Positions 22,013-32,520 are shown, numbered from the stretch's first letter. The stretch: DNA of 64,000 nucleotides from Deltaproteobacteria bacterium (GCA_031405455.1 JANNIY010000130.1:974-64973); one strand, 5' to 3'. The notes: generated by a model not told the origin, from the letters alone. Program-made: numbers and translations.

Positions 22013-23826
22013 GCGCTGCGGCGACGGGCTCGCCGCGCGACGCGATCCGAGGGGCCGTGCCCAAGAGCCAACGCAATCTCGTGGCCGCGCTCGTGGGGCT
22101 CGCGCTCTTCGTCGTCGCCGTGACGGGCGCCCTCGTCGAGCATGGGCTGCGAGGCGAGCAGGCTGCACGCGTGCAGCGCGAGCTCGAGCAGGAGGCTCGC
22201 GCGCTCGCCAACCAGGCGCAGGGGCTGGGCTTCGAACCTGCCTCGCGCCCCACGCTCGATGCGCTGGCCGATCGGATTTCGGCGGCGACGGGTGCGCGTG
22301 TCACGTGGATCGCCCGCGATGGAACGGTGCTCGGCGATTCCGACGCACGCATCGAAAAGCTTCCCGACCTCGGTGATCACGCGGCGCGCCCGGAAATCCG
22401 GGACGCCTTCGCGGGTCGAACCGGCGTCGCGCGACGCCGCAGCGTGAGCGTCGGCCGCGAGCTTTTCTACGTGGCCGTCCCGGTCGGAGAGGACGCGCGC
22501 GGCGTCGTTCGTCTCGCGGTCGACGCGGCGCAGCTCACGCCGGATCTCACTGCGCACGCCAGCTGGTTCCTCGCCGCCGCGGGCATCGGGCTCGTCGCCG
22601 CGTGCCTCCTGGTTGCAGCGCTTTCCGGCAGCACCCTGCGTCCAATTCGCGAGATGCGCCGCATGGCTGCGGCAATCGCTGCCGGAGATCACGGCTATCG
22701 CTTGCCGCTGCGTTTCGGCGAGGAACTCGGCGATATTGCAACGGCCTTGCAGCAGATGGCCGAGCAGCTGCGCGAGCGCGCGGCGCACGCGATGCGCGAG
22801 AAGGACCAGCTCCAGGCGGTCTTGAACGGCATGATCGAGGGCGTGCTCGTGGTCGACCCGGATCAACAGGTTCTGCTCGGAAACCAGCGCATGCTCGAAT
22901 TCTTCGGCCTGACCTCCGCGCCGCCCGGGCGCACCACGCTGGAAACATTCCGGCACGCGGATCTCGTGGGCGTTCTGAAGGCCGCCGCGGACACCGACGA
23001 GCCGGTTTCGCAGGCGATCGAGGTGGCGCACCCGACCCACCGCACGCTTCGCGTGCACGCGGTGCGCTTCCCTCCCGGCCGCGCCTCGCGCGCGGGCACG
23101 GTCGCGGTGCTGCACGACGTGACCGAGTTGATGCAGCTCGAAAAAATGCGGCGCGATTTCGTGGCGAACGCCTCGCACGAGCTGCGTACACCGCTCGCCG
23201 CAATTCATGGCTTCGCAGAAACGTTGCTCTCGAATCCCTCGCTCAGCGATGCCGACCGGCGCGCCTATCTCGAGGTGATCGATCGTCACGCCAAGCGGCT
23301 GGGCGCGATCGTGACCGATCTGCTCGAGCTCTCGAAGATCGAGAGCCGCGAAACGGTCTTTGCGCTCGCCTCCATCGACACGGGCCATTTGATCGAGACG
23401 CTGCTCCGCGAGTGGCGCCCGCGCATCGAGGAGAAACGCCTGAATGTCTCGCTCGCGAGCGAGCGCCCCGGAATCGCCTGGGCCGATCCCCAGGCTTGTG
23501 AGCAGATCCTCTCGAACCTGCTCGACAACGCCATCAAGTACACGGAGCCGGGCGGCAAGATCGAGGTGCGGGTCGGCGGAAACGAGCGCAATCTGCGCGT
23601 CGATGTGAGCGACACCGGAATGGGGATCCCCGAACGCGATCTTGCGCGGATCTTCGAGCGCTTCTACCGGGTCGATCAGGCGCGCTCGCGCGCCCAGGGC
23701 GGCACGGGCCTCGGCCTCGCAATCGTGAAGCATCTGGTGCAGAGCCTGGGCGGGACGATCCATGTCGAGAGCCAGCTCGGACGCGGCTCGAAATTCACGT
23801 TCACGCTGCCGCGCCACATGGATTGA
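22009..23826 (+). CDS. phoR: PhoR-like sensor histidine kinase (TM-HAMP-PAS-HisKA-HATPase)
   Basis: Two TM segments, then HAMP (IREMRRMAAAIAAGD) and PAS domains. The H-box is FVANASHELRTPLAAIHGF. N/G boxes are NLLDNAIKYT, DTGMGI and GGTGLGLAIV. Confidence 0.85.
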   Translation: MSAAATGSPRDAIRGAVPKSQRNLVAALVGLALFVVAVTGALVEHGLRGEQAARVQRELEQEARALANQAQGLGFEPASRPTLDALADRISAATGARVTWIARDGTVLGDSDARIEKLPDLGDHAARPEIRDAFAGRTGVARRRSVSVGRELFYVAVPVGEDARGVVRLAVDAAQLTPDLTAHASWFLAAAGIGLVAACLLVAALSGSTLRPIREMRRMAAAIAAGDHGYRLPLRFGEELGDIATALQQMAEQLRERAAHAMREKDQLQAVLNGMIEGVLVVDPDQQVLLGNQRMLEFFGLTSAPPGRTTLETFRHADLVGVLKAAADTDEPVSQAIEVAHPTHRTLRVHAVRFPPGRASRAGTVAVLHDVTELMQLEKMRRDFVANASHELRTPLAAIHGFAETLLSNPSLSDADRRAYLEVIDRHAKRLGAIVTDLLELSKIESRETVFALASIDTGHLIETLLREWRPRIEEKRLNVSLASERPGIAWADPQACEQILSNLLDNAIKYTEPGGKIEVRVGGNERNLRVDVSDTGMGIPERDLARIFERFYRVDQARSRAQGGTGLGLAIVKHLVQSLGGTIHVESQLGRGSKFTFTLPRHMD

Positions 23827-23889
23827 GGCGCCTGCTCCAGGCAATCTCGCTCCGGTCAGCTCCGCAATCGAAGGCCCAACGCGAGCCGA

Positions 23890-26028
23890 TCACGGGCGAA
23901 GCAGAGAACTCGCGCTCGCGGAAGAACTCTCGGCAGCGTCTGCTCGTCGCGCGCGCAGTTCGGCTCGCTCGAGCAGGAAGCGATGCGCATCGATGCCCGT
24001 ACAGCGCGCCGCGCGTGTCCAGCTTCCCTCGGGTCCGAGCTCCCAAGCGAGCACGTCGTCGGCGAGGTTCGCGGCGAGGACTTCCTCGAGGCGAGCGCGC
24101 AGTTCCGGGGCTTCGATCGGCGTGACGACCTCGACGCGCCGATCCAGGTTGCGGGTCATCAGATCCGCAGAGCCGATGAAGTAGCGCCGGCCGCGCCGCT
24201 CGCTGCCGAAACGGAAGATGCGCGAGTGCTCGAGAAAGCGTCCCAGCAGCGAACGCACGCGGATGCGCTCCGAAAGCCCCGGCACACCCGGCCGCAGGCA
24301 GCAGATTCCGCGCACGATGAGATCGATTTCGACACCCGCTGCCGACGCCGCGTACAAGGCTTCGATGATCTCGGGATCCTCGAGGCTGTTCACCTTGACG
24401 ACGATCTCGCCATCGCGCGCGGCCACTTCCTCGTTGATGTGAGCCAGCAGCGACGAGCGCAGCCCCTCGGGCGCAACCAGAAGCTTGCGGTAACGCCGCG
24501 GCCGCCCACAACCCGTCAGGTAGTTGAACAGCTCCGTGAGATCGGCTCCGAGCTCGGGCGATGCCGAGAGCAATCCCAGATCCTCGTAGCTGGTGGCGGT
24601 GGTCGGGTTGTAGTTTCCGGTCCCGATGTGACAGTAGCGGCGGATGCCCCCGCCCTCGCGGCGCACGACGAGCGCGATCTTTCCGTGCGCCTTCAATCCC
24701 ACGAGGCCGTAGACGACGTGCACGCCCGCCCGCTCGAGCGTGCGCGCCCACTCGATGTTCGCCTCCTCGTCGAAGCGTGCCTTCAGCTCCACGAGCGTCA
24801 CGACCTGCTTGCCAGCCTCTGCCGCCCGCGCCAGCGTGAGGGCGACGGGATTCGCGGGACCCGATGTTCGGTAGAGGGTGTGTTTGATCGCGAGCACGTC
24901 CGGATCCGCTGCCGCCTGACCTAGAAAGCCCTCGACCGACGATCGAAACGATTCGTAGGGATGGTGCACGAGCACGTCGCCACGCTTGAGCACTTCGAAG
25001 AAGTCGGGGCTGGCTCCCGTCGGGCCGGGAGCCAGCCGCGCAGGTGTCCAAGCCGTCGCCGGCTCGTGTTTCAGATCCGGCCTCGGCAGTGCAGCGATCT
25101 CCGCGAGGCACGAGAGGTCGAGCGGGTCACGCACCCGGAAGACGGCGTCTTGCTCGAGTTCGAGCTCGGCGCTGAGCAGATCGCGCACCTGCGTCGAAAT
25201 CGAATCCGATACCTCGAGACGAATCGGCGGGCTGCCGCGCCGGCGCCGCTTGATGCCGGATTCGATTGCGGCGAGCAGGTCGTCGGCCTCGTCCTCAGTG
25301 ATTCCGATCTCCGCATCTCGCGTCACGCGGAAGGGGCCGCACGAAACGATCTCCATACCCGGAAACAGCGCGCCGATGTGAGCGGTGATCACCTCTTCGA
25401 TCGGAACGAAGCGAGACGCCGAAAGCGCGAGCCAGCGCGGGAAAACGGGCGGCACCTTCACGCGCGCAAAACGGTGCTCGCCCGTTCCCGCGTCGCTGAC
25501 GACGATGGCCAGCGACAGAGAGAGACTCGAGACGTACGGAAATGGATGGGCGGGATCGACAGAAAGTGGCGTCAACACGGGAAAGATCTTCTCGTCGAAG
25601 AGGCTGGATCCGCGAGCCTGCTCTTCGACCGTCAACTCCCCGAACGCGCACAAGTCGATGCCCGCCGCGCTGAGCGCCGGCACGAGCGTCTTGGCGAACA
25701 ACTCGACCTGGCGTTCGATCAGGGATTCGACCTCGCCCCGAATCCGCTGCAGCTGCTCGCCTGCGATGAGCCCGTCGGGAGACGGGATGGCCACGCCCGA
25801 GTCGAGCTGGACGGTGAGGCCTGCGACCCGCACCTGGAAGAACTCGTCGAGATTGTGGGCGGAGATGGCGAGGTACCGCACCCGCTCGAGCAGCGGGCAG
25901 GCCGGATCCTCGGCGAGCGCGAGCACCCTCCGATTGAACCCGAGCCAGGAAAGCTCGCGATTCAGGAAGCGCGCTGGTCCCCGCACCGACCCCGCGGGCG
26001 CACCTGCCCTACTCTCGGCTCCCGGCAT
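23890..26028 (-). CDS. ppk: Polyphosphate kinase 1
   Basis: 712 aa. The N-terminus is RFLNRELSWLGFNRRVL...NLDEFFQVRV. The autophosphorylated-His region is THYCHIGTGNYN-like (RRYCHIGTGNYNP). Two PLD-like C-terminal domains follow. Confidence 0.93.
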   Translation of the reverse strand: MPGAESRAGAPAGSVRGPARFLNRELSWLGFNRRVLALAEDPACPLLERVRYLAISAHNLDEFFQVRVAGLTVQLDSGVAIPSPDGLIAGEQLQRIRGEVESLIERQVELFAKTLVPALSAAGIDLCAFGELTVEEQARGSSLFDEKIFPVLTPLSVDPAHPFPYVSSLSLSLAIVVSDAGTGEHRFARVKVPPVFPRWLALSASRFVPIEEVITAHIGALFPGMEIVSCGPFRVTRDAEIGITEDEADDLLAAIESGIKRRRRGSPPIRLEVSDSISTQVRDLLSAELELEQDAVFRVRDPLDLSCLAEIAALPRPDLKHEPATAWTPARLAPGPTGASPDFFEVLKRGDVLVHHPYESFRSSVEGFLGQAAADPDVLAIKHTLYRTSGPANPVALTLARAAEAGKQVVTLVELKARFDEEANIEWARTLERAGVHVVYGLVGLKAHGKIALVVRREGGGIRRYCHIGTGNYNPTTATSYEDLGLLSASPELGADLTELFNYLTGCGRPRRYRKLLVAPEGLRSSLLAHINEEVAARDGEIVVKVNSLEDPEIIEALYAASAAGVEIDLIVRGICCLRPGVPGLSERIRVRSLLGRFLEHSRIFRFGSERRGRRYFIGSADLMTRNLDRRVEVVTPIEAPELRARLEEVLAANLADDVLAWELGPEGSWTRAARCTGIDAHRFLLERAELRARRADAAESSSASASSLLRP

Positions 26029-26118
26029 CGAGAATCCGATCCTCCCCCAAAAGGGGGTTCACGGTACTACGAGGATCCGCCTCGCATTGTGAACTTCTCG
26101 AGAAGATGGGCGACTCGT

Positions 26119-26817
26119 CTATTGCTCGTCGCCGTCCGAGAAGCGGTAGCCGACACCCCGCACCGTCTCCAGACAATCGCGCGCGGGGCCGAGCTTGCGG
26201 CGGATCGCCTTGATATGCGCATCGACAGCGCGGTCCGAATGGAAAGCGTTCTCGCCCCAAACCTGCTCGATCAACGCTCTCCGGCGCACGACCCGCCCGG
26301 CTTGCGAGACGAGCGCGGCGAGCAGCTGGAACTCGGTGGGGGTGAGATCGATACGCGTGCCCGAAACCTCGGCACGGGCGCGTTCCCGATCGACGCTGAC
26401 GAGCCCCGCGATCTGGCTCGCGGGGCTCGCATCGGCGCCAGCAAATCCACGCAGAACCGCCGCCACGCGCGCCGCCAGCTCGGGTGCGTAGAAAGGCTTC
26501 GACAGGAAATCGTCCGCCCCCGCCTCGAAGGCCAGCACCCGATCGATCTCGGTCGCTTGCGCCGACACCAGGATTACCGGCGTGCGCGCGAGCGCCGGAG
26601 TTTCGCGAATCAGACGGCACAACCCCAATCCGGAGAGGTCGGCCAGATAGCTGTCGAGCAGGATCACGTCCGGGCGCTCGCGGGTGGCCTGGTGCAGCGC
26701 ATCGCGCGCTGATTGTGCCTCGCGACAATCGAAGCGCGGCGGCGAGAGGATCGCGGCGATCCGCCGCCGCGAGTCGGGGTCGCCATCGACCAGCAACACC
26801 CGCTTCGAAGCTTCCAT
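26119..26817 (-). CDS. Orphan OmpR-family response regulator
   Basis: REC domain (VLLVDGDPD...DVILLDSYLADLSG...KPF) plus winged helix (LTPTEFQLLAAL...VDAHIKAIRRKL...GYRF). Confidence 0.88.
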   Translation of the reverse strand: MEASKRVLLVDGDPDSRRRIAAILSPPRFDCREAQSARDALHQATRERPDVILLDSYLADLSGLGLCRLIRETPALARTPVILVSAQATEIDRVLAFEAGADDFLSKPFYAPELAARVAAVLRGFAGADASPASQIAGLVSVDRERARAEVSGTRIDLTPTEFQLLAALVSQAGRVVRRRALIEQVWGENAFHSDRAVDAHIKAIRRKLGPARDCLETVRGVGYRFSDGDEQ

Positions 26818-27042
26818 ATCGGCCGATCTCCCCGCGGTTCTATTCCCCGCCCCCCGCTCCGCCAGCGAACCAATTCCTCGTCACGGGAGCATGACGCATG
26901 GGTGGGGATTGCGAGGCAAACCGGCGGCGAACCCTCCCCAGGGAGGTCGCCTGATCTTCTCCGAATCGTTGGCCGCCTGCCTCGGCCACGAACCACCCTG
27001 CGAACGTCGAGCGACGCATTTCTACGCTTGCGAGGAGGAGGC

Positions 27043-27363
27043 ATGACACACCGAGCTGATATCGAATTGGCGCGACTGGCCGCGGAGGCGGCCCCCTGGG
27101 CCTTTGATGCGTTTTTTGACGATACGATCGCCCGCGTGTACGCGTTCGTTCAGCGCCGATCCTCATCGGCGGAAGCTGCGCAACGAGTGACCGAGCGCGT
27201 GCTCACACACGTTTTTCGAGAGCTTCCCGATTACGACGGCAGCGTCCCCCTTTCCGTCTGGGTGCTGGCGATCCTGAAGCGCGAACTGCGTGGCGAGCAC
27301 CGCGCATCGCAGGCGCGCCCGCGGTCGCTCGCAATCCCGCCGCCGCCGGCCTCGGGAGGCTGA
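27043..27363 (+). CDS. Sigma-70 region-2-only protein (ECF-like, no region 4)
   Basis: SD GAGGAGGAGG precedes the ATG. AFDAFFDDTIARVYAFVQRR...AEAAQRVTERVL...LSVWVLAILKRELRGE follows the sigma-70 r2 pattern. It is only 106 aa, and its 3' end overlaps the convergent AraC gene. Confidence 0.5.
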   Translation: MTHRADIELARLAAEAAPWAFDAFFDDTIARVYAFVQRRSSSAEAAQRVTERVLTHVFRELPDYDGSVPLSVWVLAILKRELRGEHRASQARPRSLAIPPPPASGG

Positions 27364-28184
27364 ACCGGAGCAGCGGCAGCCCGCCGCGCACCCCTGCGAA
27401 AGGCGCTGGGAGTGTCCCCGGTATGCGAACGAAACACGTGATTGAAGTGCCCGAGCGAGCCGAAACCAGCTTCCTCGGCCACGTCGATCACCGCCAGGTC
27501 GCTTTCCAGCAGCAAACTCTTTGCGCGCGCGATTCGCAGCGCGGACAAATGCCCGCCGAGGCTGATCCCGAGCCGCTCGTGCACGAGACGCGAAGTCTGC
27601 CGCTCGGAAAGACCCAGGCGCCTGGCGAGCCGCGAGAGTGTCAGGCTGCAACTCGGATCGCGCGCGAGCGTGTCGAGCTCGTGCGCGAGTACGGCATGCG
27701 CTGGGCTTCGCCGTTGCCGCGGCGGATCGGGCGACTCTCCAGGGCTAGCGGAGATGGCGATTCCGAACAGTTCGAGTGCGCGCGCAGTTCGCGCGAGCCG
27801 GACATCTGCGGCCAGCTCGCGCGTGCTGGAGGCGAGATCGCGCAGGCATAGCGCCGCGTGGCGCGCCGCGCGCGTTCCAGCGCGCAGGGTGGCGGCCCGC
27901 ATCGGCGCGGATCCGAGGTCGAGGCCCGCCAGTGCCAGCGCGTGCGTGAGCCACACACCCTTCGCGCGGAAGACGATCCCCTGCGCCCCGCCCTGACGGG
28001 CCAGAACGCGGACGCTCTCACCGGGCCCGATCGAGAGCACATCGCCGTCGAAGAGCCGCGTCGGCTCGCCCGGCTCGAGGTAGGTGCGCAGCTCGCCGCG
28101 CTCGAGCAGCACGATGGCGATCCCCGCGCAGCTCCGTGCTTCGGGTCCGAATGCGCAGCGTTCGAGCTGGAAACCGACGTCCAC
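27231..28184 (-). CDS. AraC-family transcriptional regulator (cupin-like N-terminus + HTH_18)
   Basis: C-terminal double HTH: LSRLARRLGLSERQTSRLVHERLG...IARAKSLLLESDLAVIDVAEEAGFGSLGHFNHVFRSHTGDTPSAFRR. A long low-complexity tail runs to the stop. Confidence 0.85.
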   Translation of the reverse strand: MDVGFQLERCAFGPEARSCAGIAIVLLERGELRTYLEPGEPTRLFDGDVLSIGPGESVRVLARQGGAQGIVFRAKGVWLTHALALAGLDLGSAPMRAATLRAGTRAARHAALCLRDLASSTRELAADVRLARTARALELFGIAISASPGESPDPPRQRRSPAHAVLAHELDTLARDPSCSLTLSRLARRLGLSERQTSRLVHERLGISLGGHLSALRIARAKSLLLESDLAVIDVAEEAGFGSLGHFNHVFRSHTGDTPSAFRRGARRAAAAPVQPPEAGGGGIASDRGRACDARCSPRSSRFRIASTQTERGTLPS

Positions 28185-28324
28185 GCTTGCACGCTACGCG
28201 CTCCCTGTGACGGCATACGGTCCGTCGCATGCGAGACCGGCAAAGTCTTGGCGACGAGGCGGAGAAGGCGCGGCGCAGCGAACCCTCAGCGGGGTCGGTA
28301 CCGTCGCCGGCCTGCGGGTGCCCG

Positions 28325-28990
28325 CTAGCGCGCGAACTTCGCCGCGTGCTTCACGTTGCGCGCTTCGGCGACCAGGATCACGTCTTCGGCGATGTTCGTG
28401 GCGTGATCTCCGACCCGCTCGAGATTCTTGGCGATGAAGATGATGTCGACCGCCGGCGAAGCCATGTCCGGATGGGAGGCGATCTGCTCGAGCTCCTCGA
28501 GAATCACCTCGTCCTGCGCGTCGTCGATCTCGTCGTCCGACCCGAGCACAGCGTGCGCGGCGCGCGGATCCACGCGGCTGAAAGCATCGAGCGCGCTGCG
28601 CAACATGCCCTGCGCCGAAGCCGCAAGGCGCGCGAGAATGGGCGGAATCGGCGCGTCCGGCCGGCGACCCAGGCGCAGCGCGCTCTTCGCGATGTTGCGG
28701 GCGAGATCCCCGACCCGTTCGAGATCGGTCGCAATCATCTTGATCGCGACCACCTCGCGCAAATCGGCGGCTACGGGCGCTTGCAGCGCCAGCGCCTTCA
28801 GCACGGCCTCGTCGATGCGCACATCGAGGCGATCAATCTCGATATCGTCCTCCGCGATCTCGCTGGCAAGCGCGACGTCGCGCTCGAGCACCGCGCGCAC
28901 CGCCTTGTCGAGGATCGCCTCCGCGCGCCCCCCCATCAGAAGCAGGCTCTCGCGCAAGTCCCGAAGCACCGGGTCGAAGAACCGGCTCAT
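28325..28990 (-). CDS. phoU: Phosphate signalling complex protein PhoU
   Basis: 221 aa with duplicated PhoU repeats: DLERVGDLARNIAK and NLERVGDHATNIAE. Confidence 0.93.
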   Translation of the reverse strand: MSRFFDPVLRDLRESLLLMGGRAEAILDKAVRAVLERDVALASEIAEDDIEIDRLDVRIDEAVLKALALQAPVAADLREVVAIKMIATDLERVGDLARNIAKSALRLGRRPDAPIPPILARLAASAQGMLRSALDAFSRVDPRAAHAVLGSDDEIDDAQDEVILEELEQIASHPDMASPAVDIIFIAKNLERVGDHATNIAEDVILVAEARNVKHAAKFAR

Positions 28991-29003
28991 CTTCGTCTCC
29001 CCA

Positions 29004-29828
29004 TCATCCGTAGCGTCCGGTGATGTAATCGCTCGTCCGTTGCTGCCGCGGATTCGTGAAGATATCGGCCGTCGCCCCGTATTCCACGAGTTCTCCGAGG
29101 TGAAAGAACGCCGTGCGCTGCGAAACCCGCGCGGCCTGCTGCATGTTGTGGGTCACGATCGCGATCGCGTAGCGGCCGCGCAGGTCGTAGATCAGCTCCT
29201 CGATACGCGCGGTGGCGATCGGATCGAGCGCCGAACACGGTTCGTCCATCAGGATCACCTCGGGATCGACGGCGATCGCACGCGCGATGCACAGACGCTG
29301 CTGTTGGCCGCCCGAAAGCGCCGTGCCCGGTTCGTCGAGGCGATCCTTGATCTCCTCCCACAGGCCGGCTCTCTGGAGGCTCACGCTCACGATCTCATCG
29401 AGCTCCGGACCCTTGCGGGCGAGCCCATGGATGCGCGGACCATAGGCGACATTGTCATACACCGACTTCGGGAAGGGGTTCGGCTTCTGGAACACCATGC
29501 CGACTCGCGCGCGCAGCTGCACCACGTCGAGTGAGCCGCCATACACCGGCTCGTTCTCGAGCAGGATGTCTCCCGTCACCCGGCAACCCGCGATCGTGTC
29601 GTTCATGCGATTGAAGCAGCGCAGAAGGGTCGATTTGCCGCAACCCGAGGGCCCGATCAGGGCCGTCACCTCGTCGGCGTAGATGTCGAGATCGACGGAA
29701 CGCACGGCGTGGACATCGCCGTACCAGACGTCGACGCCCTTTGCCTTCATCTTCGGCGACTTCTCGACCGCCAACACGGGTCTGGATTCCATACCGCCGG
29801 GAAGCTTAGCTGCGCGATGGGCCGGCAT
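29004..29828 (-). CDS. pstB: Phosphate ABC transporter ATP-binding protein
   Basis: Walker A is GPSGCGKST, the signature LSGGQQQR and Walker B ILMDEP. Possible starts are the ATG at 29828 (3 nt after the pstA stop), the GTG at 29831 or the ATG at 29792. Confidence 0.93.
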   Translation of the reverse strand: MPAHRAAKLPGGMESRPVLAVEKSPKMKAKGVDVWYGDVHAVRSVDLDIYADEVTALIGPSGCGKSTLLRCFNRMNDTIAGCRVTGDILLENEPVYGGSLDVVQLRARVGMVFQKPNPFPKSVYDNVAYGPRIHGLARKGPELDEIVSVSLQRAGLWEEIKDRLDEPGTALSGGQQQRLCIARAIAVDPEVILMDEPCSALDPIATARIEELIYDLRGRYAIAIVTHNMQQAARVSQRTAFFHLGELVEYGATADIFTNPRQQRTSDYITGRYG

Positions 29829-29831
29829 CAC

Positions 29832-31145
29832 TCACCACCGCCGTTCGAAGCGTTGCCGCAGCCAGATCGCGAACCCGTTCATCGCGATCAGGAACACGAT
29901 CAACACCAGGATCGCACCCGATGTCTTCTCGACGAATCCACGCTCCGGACTGTCCGCCCACAGGAAGATCTGCACGGGCAGCACGGTGGCAGCGTCGCGG
30001 AAGCCGCCCGGAATGTCGACGATGAACGCCACCATTCCGATCATCAAGAGCGGCGCGGTCTCGCCGAGCGCTCGCGCCATGCCGAGAATCGTGCCCGTCA
30101 GGATTCCCGGCAACGCCAGCGGCAGTACGTGATGACCCATCACCTGGAGCGGCGACGCCCCGAGCCCGCGCGCCGCCTCGCGAACCCCCGGCGGCACCGC
30201 CTTGATCGCCGATCGCCCGGCAATGATCAATGTCGGCAGCGTCATCAGCGCGAGCGTGAGCCCCCCCACGAGCGGCGCCGAGCGCGGCAACGACAGAAAG
30301 CCGAGAAAGACCGAAAGACCGAGCAGACCGAAGACGATCGAGGGCACGGCGGCGAGATTGTTGATGTTGACCTCGATCCACTCCGTCCAGCGATTCTCGG
30401 GCGCGAACTCCTCGAGATAGATCGAAGCCGCCACCCCGAGCGGCAGCGCGATCGCGAGGGTCACGACCAGCGTCAGGAGGGAGCCCATCAATGCCCCCAG
30501 GATCCCCGCCTGCTCGGGCTCGCGCGAGTCACCGGATGTGAGGAACGTGGTGTTCAGCGTCCGGCGTATCCGGCCCTCCGATTCGAGCTGCGCGAGCCAA
30601 CCGAGCTGTTCGGGCGAAAGTCGGCGTGCGCCCTCCGGCAGATCGCGCGGGACGCTTCCTTTCACGACCAGGTCGACCTCGTCGTCGGCCGTCAGCCAGA
30701 TGGAGATACTGCGGCCGAGGAGAGAAGGATCCCTTTCCACGCGGTCGGCGATCTCGCGGGGCGCACCGGAAGAGAGCAGCGCCGCGAGCTGGCGCAGCTG
30801 GGCACGCTCGGTTGTTTCCGGAAACAGCCGCATCAGCGCCTCGCGAGCCGGCGCCGCCCAGTCTGCTTCTCGTATCGCCTGTCCGCGCGTGCTCGCATCG
30901 ACATCCGGCGGCAACGATACGAGCGCAGCGTCGAGCATCACGTCCAGCCGGACTTCCGTGGTCACGAAAGCGCCCCACCCCCGCGCGACCACGCTCACCA
31001 GCAACAGCACGAGCGCAGCGAGCGCGAGCCCGATCGCGGCGAGACCGAGCGTGCGGAACACGCGCTCGCCACGATGCCGCCGCCGCAGGCGCGATTGCAT
31101 CGCGGGCGAGGACCAGCGCGCGGCGACGAACGCCGGCTCAGTCAT
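29832..31145 (-). CDS. pstA: Phosphate ABC transporter permease PstA (long form)
   Basis: 437 aa. An N-terminal TM and large periplasmic loop are followed by a BPD-transporter core containing an EAA-like motif (REAARGLGASPLQV). Confidence 0.9.
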   Translation of the reverse strand: MTEPAFVAARWSSPAMQSRLRRRHRGERVFRTLGLAAIGLALAALVLLLVSVVARGWGAFVTTEVRLDVMLDAALVSLPPDVDASTRGQAIREADWAAPAREALMRLFPETTERAQLRQLAALLSSGAPREIADRVERDPSLLGRSISIWLTADDEVDLVVKGSVPRDLPEGARRLSPEQLGWLAQLESEGRIRRTLNTTFLTSGDSREPEQAGILGALMGSLLTLVVTLAIALPLGVAASIYLEEFAPENRWTEWIEVNINNLAAVPSIVFGLLGLSVFLGFLSLPRSAPLVGGLTLALMTLPTLIIAGRSAIKAVPPGVREAARGLGASPLQVMGHHVLPLALPGILTGTILGMARALGETAPLLMIGMVAFIVDIPGGFRDAATVLPVQIFLWADSPERGFVEKTSGAILVLIVFLIAMNGFAIWLRQRFERRW

Positions 31146-32520
31146 ACTTCTCCCGATAGCGCTGCACCATGCGCAGCGCGATCATGTTCAGCACGAGCGT
31201 CACGCAGAAAAGCACGAGGCCGAGCGCAAAGGCCGAGAGCGTCTTGGCGCTGTCGAACTCCTGGTCCCCCGTGAGAAGCGTCACGATCTGCACCGTCACG
31301 GTGGTGACGGCGGCGAGCGGATTCGCGGTGAGATTCGCGGCCAAGCCCGCCGCCATCACCACGATCATCGTCTCGCCCACCGCGCGCGAGACGGCGAGCA
31401 GGCACGCACCGGCGATCCCGGGAAGCGCGGCAGGCAGGATCACGAGCCGGATCGTCTCCGAACGCGTGGCGCCGAGCCCGAAGGAACCCTCGCGAAGCGA
31501 CTGCGGCACGGCCGTGATCGCATCGTCGGACAGCGACGACACGAACGGGATGATCATGACTCCCATCACGAGCCCGGCAGCGAGCGCGCTCTCCGACGCG
31601 ACGTCGAGTCCCAGCGACAAGCCGGCTTCGCGCAGCCACGGCGCCACCATCAGCGCCGCGAAGAAGCCGTAGACCACCGTCGGCACACCGGCCAGGATCT
31701 CGAGCGCGGGCTTCACGACCGCGCGTACCCGCGAGTCCGCGTAGAAGCTCATGTAGATGGCCGAGAACAGACCGATCGGCACCGCCACGAACATCGCGAT
31801 CAGCGTGACGAGCAGGGTACCTGCAAAAATCGGGACGGCGCCGAAGGATCCCGAACTTCCCACTTGATCCGCACGCAGAGCGGTCTGGGGACTCCAATGA
31901 AGGCCGAAGAGAAACTCCCGGATGGAGACCCGCTCGAAGAAGCGTCCCGACTCGAATACGAGCGACAAGACGATTCCAACCGTCACGAACACCGCGAGAG
32001 TCGCGCACAGCATCAAGCCGACACTCACCGCCCTTTCCACATTCGCTCGCGCGGCCAATTCCGGGCGGATCGCGCGCAACGCGAGCGCCCCGCCCAGGCC
32101 GCTGAAAACGAGGCTCGCGGCCAACGCGAGGCGCAAACCGAGAGCACGCAGCGAGACCCAACGCTCGGAAAGAGCCGCCACGATCGGATCGTCCGCGCGC
32201 AGCGTGGCGTGCCCCAGCGCCAGGTTGCGGGCGTCGTTGAGCAGCATCGAGATCTCTGCTGGCTCACGTCCCACGATTTCGTCGGACACGGATGCGAGGG
32301 CCATGCGATCGATGCCCCCCTCGAAACCGATCATGAAAATGAACACGACCGCGAGACCCGGGAGACCGCAACCCAGCGCAGCGAACCACCCGTAATAACC
32401 CGGGAGCGAGCGCAGCGCAGATGCCCGGCCGGCAACCGCCGCGAGCGCGCGGCGCCGGCCGAGCGCGTAGTACATGGCCGCGAGTGCGGCCACGAGCAGC
32501 GTCAGGGCGGAGAGGCCCAT
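31138..32520 (-). CDS. pstC: Phosphate ABC transporter permease PstC (long form)
   Basis: The ATG at 32520 gives MGLSALTLLVAALAAMYY.... The EAA-like motif is REGSFGLGATRSETI. It overlaps the pstA start by 8 nt. Confidence 0.9.
   Translation of the reverse strand: MGLSALTLLVAALAAMYYALGRRRALAAVAGRASALRSLPGYYGWFAALGCGLPGLAVVFIFMIGFEGGIDRMALASVSDEIVGREPAEISMLLNDARNLALGHATLRADDPIVAALSERWVSLRALGLRLALAASLVFSGLGGALALRAIRPELAARANVERAVSVGLMLCATLAVFVTVGIVLSLVFESGRFFERVSIREFLFGLHWSPQTALRADQVGSSGSFGAVPIFAGTLLVTLIAMFVAVPIGLFSAIYMSFYADSRVRAVVKPALEILAGVPTVVYGFFAALMVAPWLREAGLSLGLDVASESALAAGLVMGVMIIPFVSSLSDDAITAVPQSLREGSFGLGATRSETIRLVILPAALPGIAGACLLAVSRAVGETMIVVMAAGLAANLTANPLAAVTTVTVQIVTLLTGDQEFDSAKTLSAFALGLVLFCVTLVLNMIALRMVQRYREKYD

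Noticed and set aside
21994-23844. Very long antisense ORFs: 616 aa opposite phoR, 41035-43449 (804 aa) opposite the TonB-dependent receptor, 44554-46578, 13313-15130, 636-2090, 30538-32628, 58981-60477 and many shorter ones in the track.
   Set aside because: They are Arg/Gly/Pro/Ala-rich and low in complexity. Each mirrors a gene with strong motif support on the other strand. Stop-poor shadow frames are expected in DNA this GC-rich.
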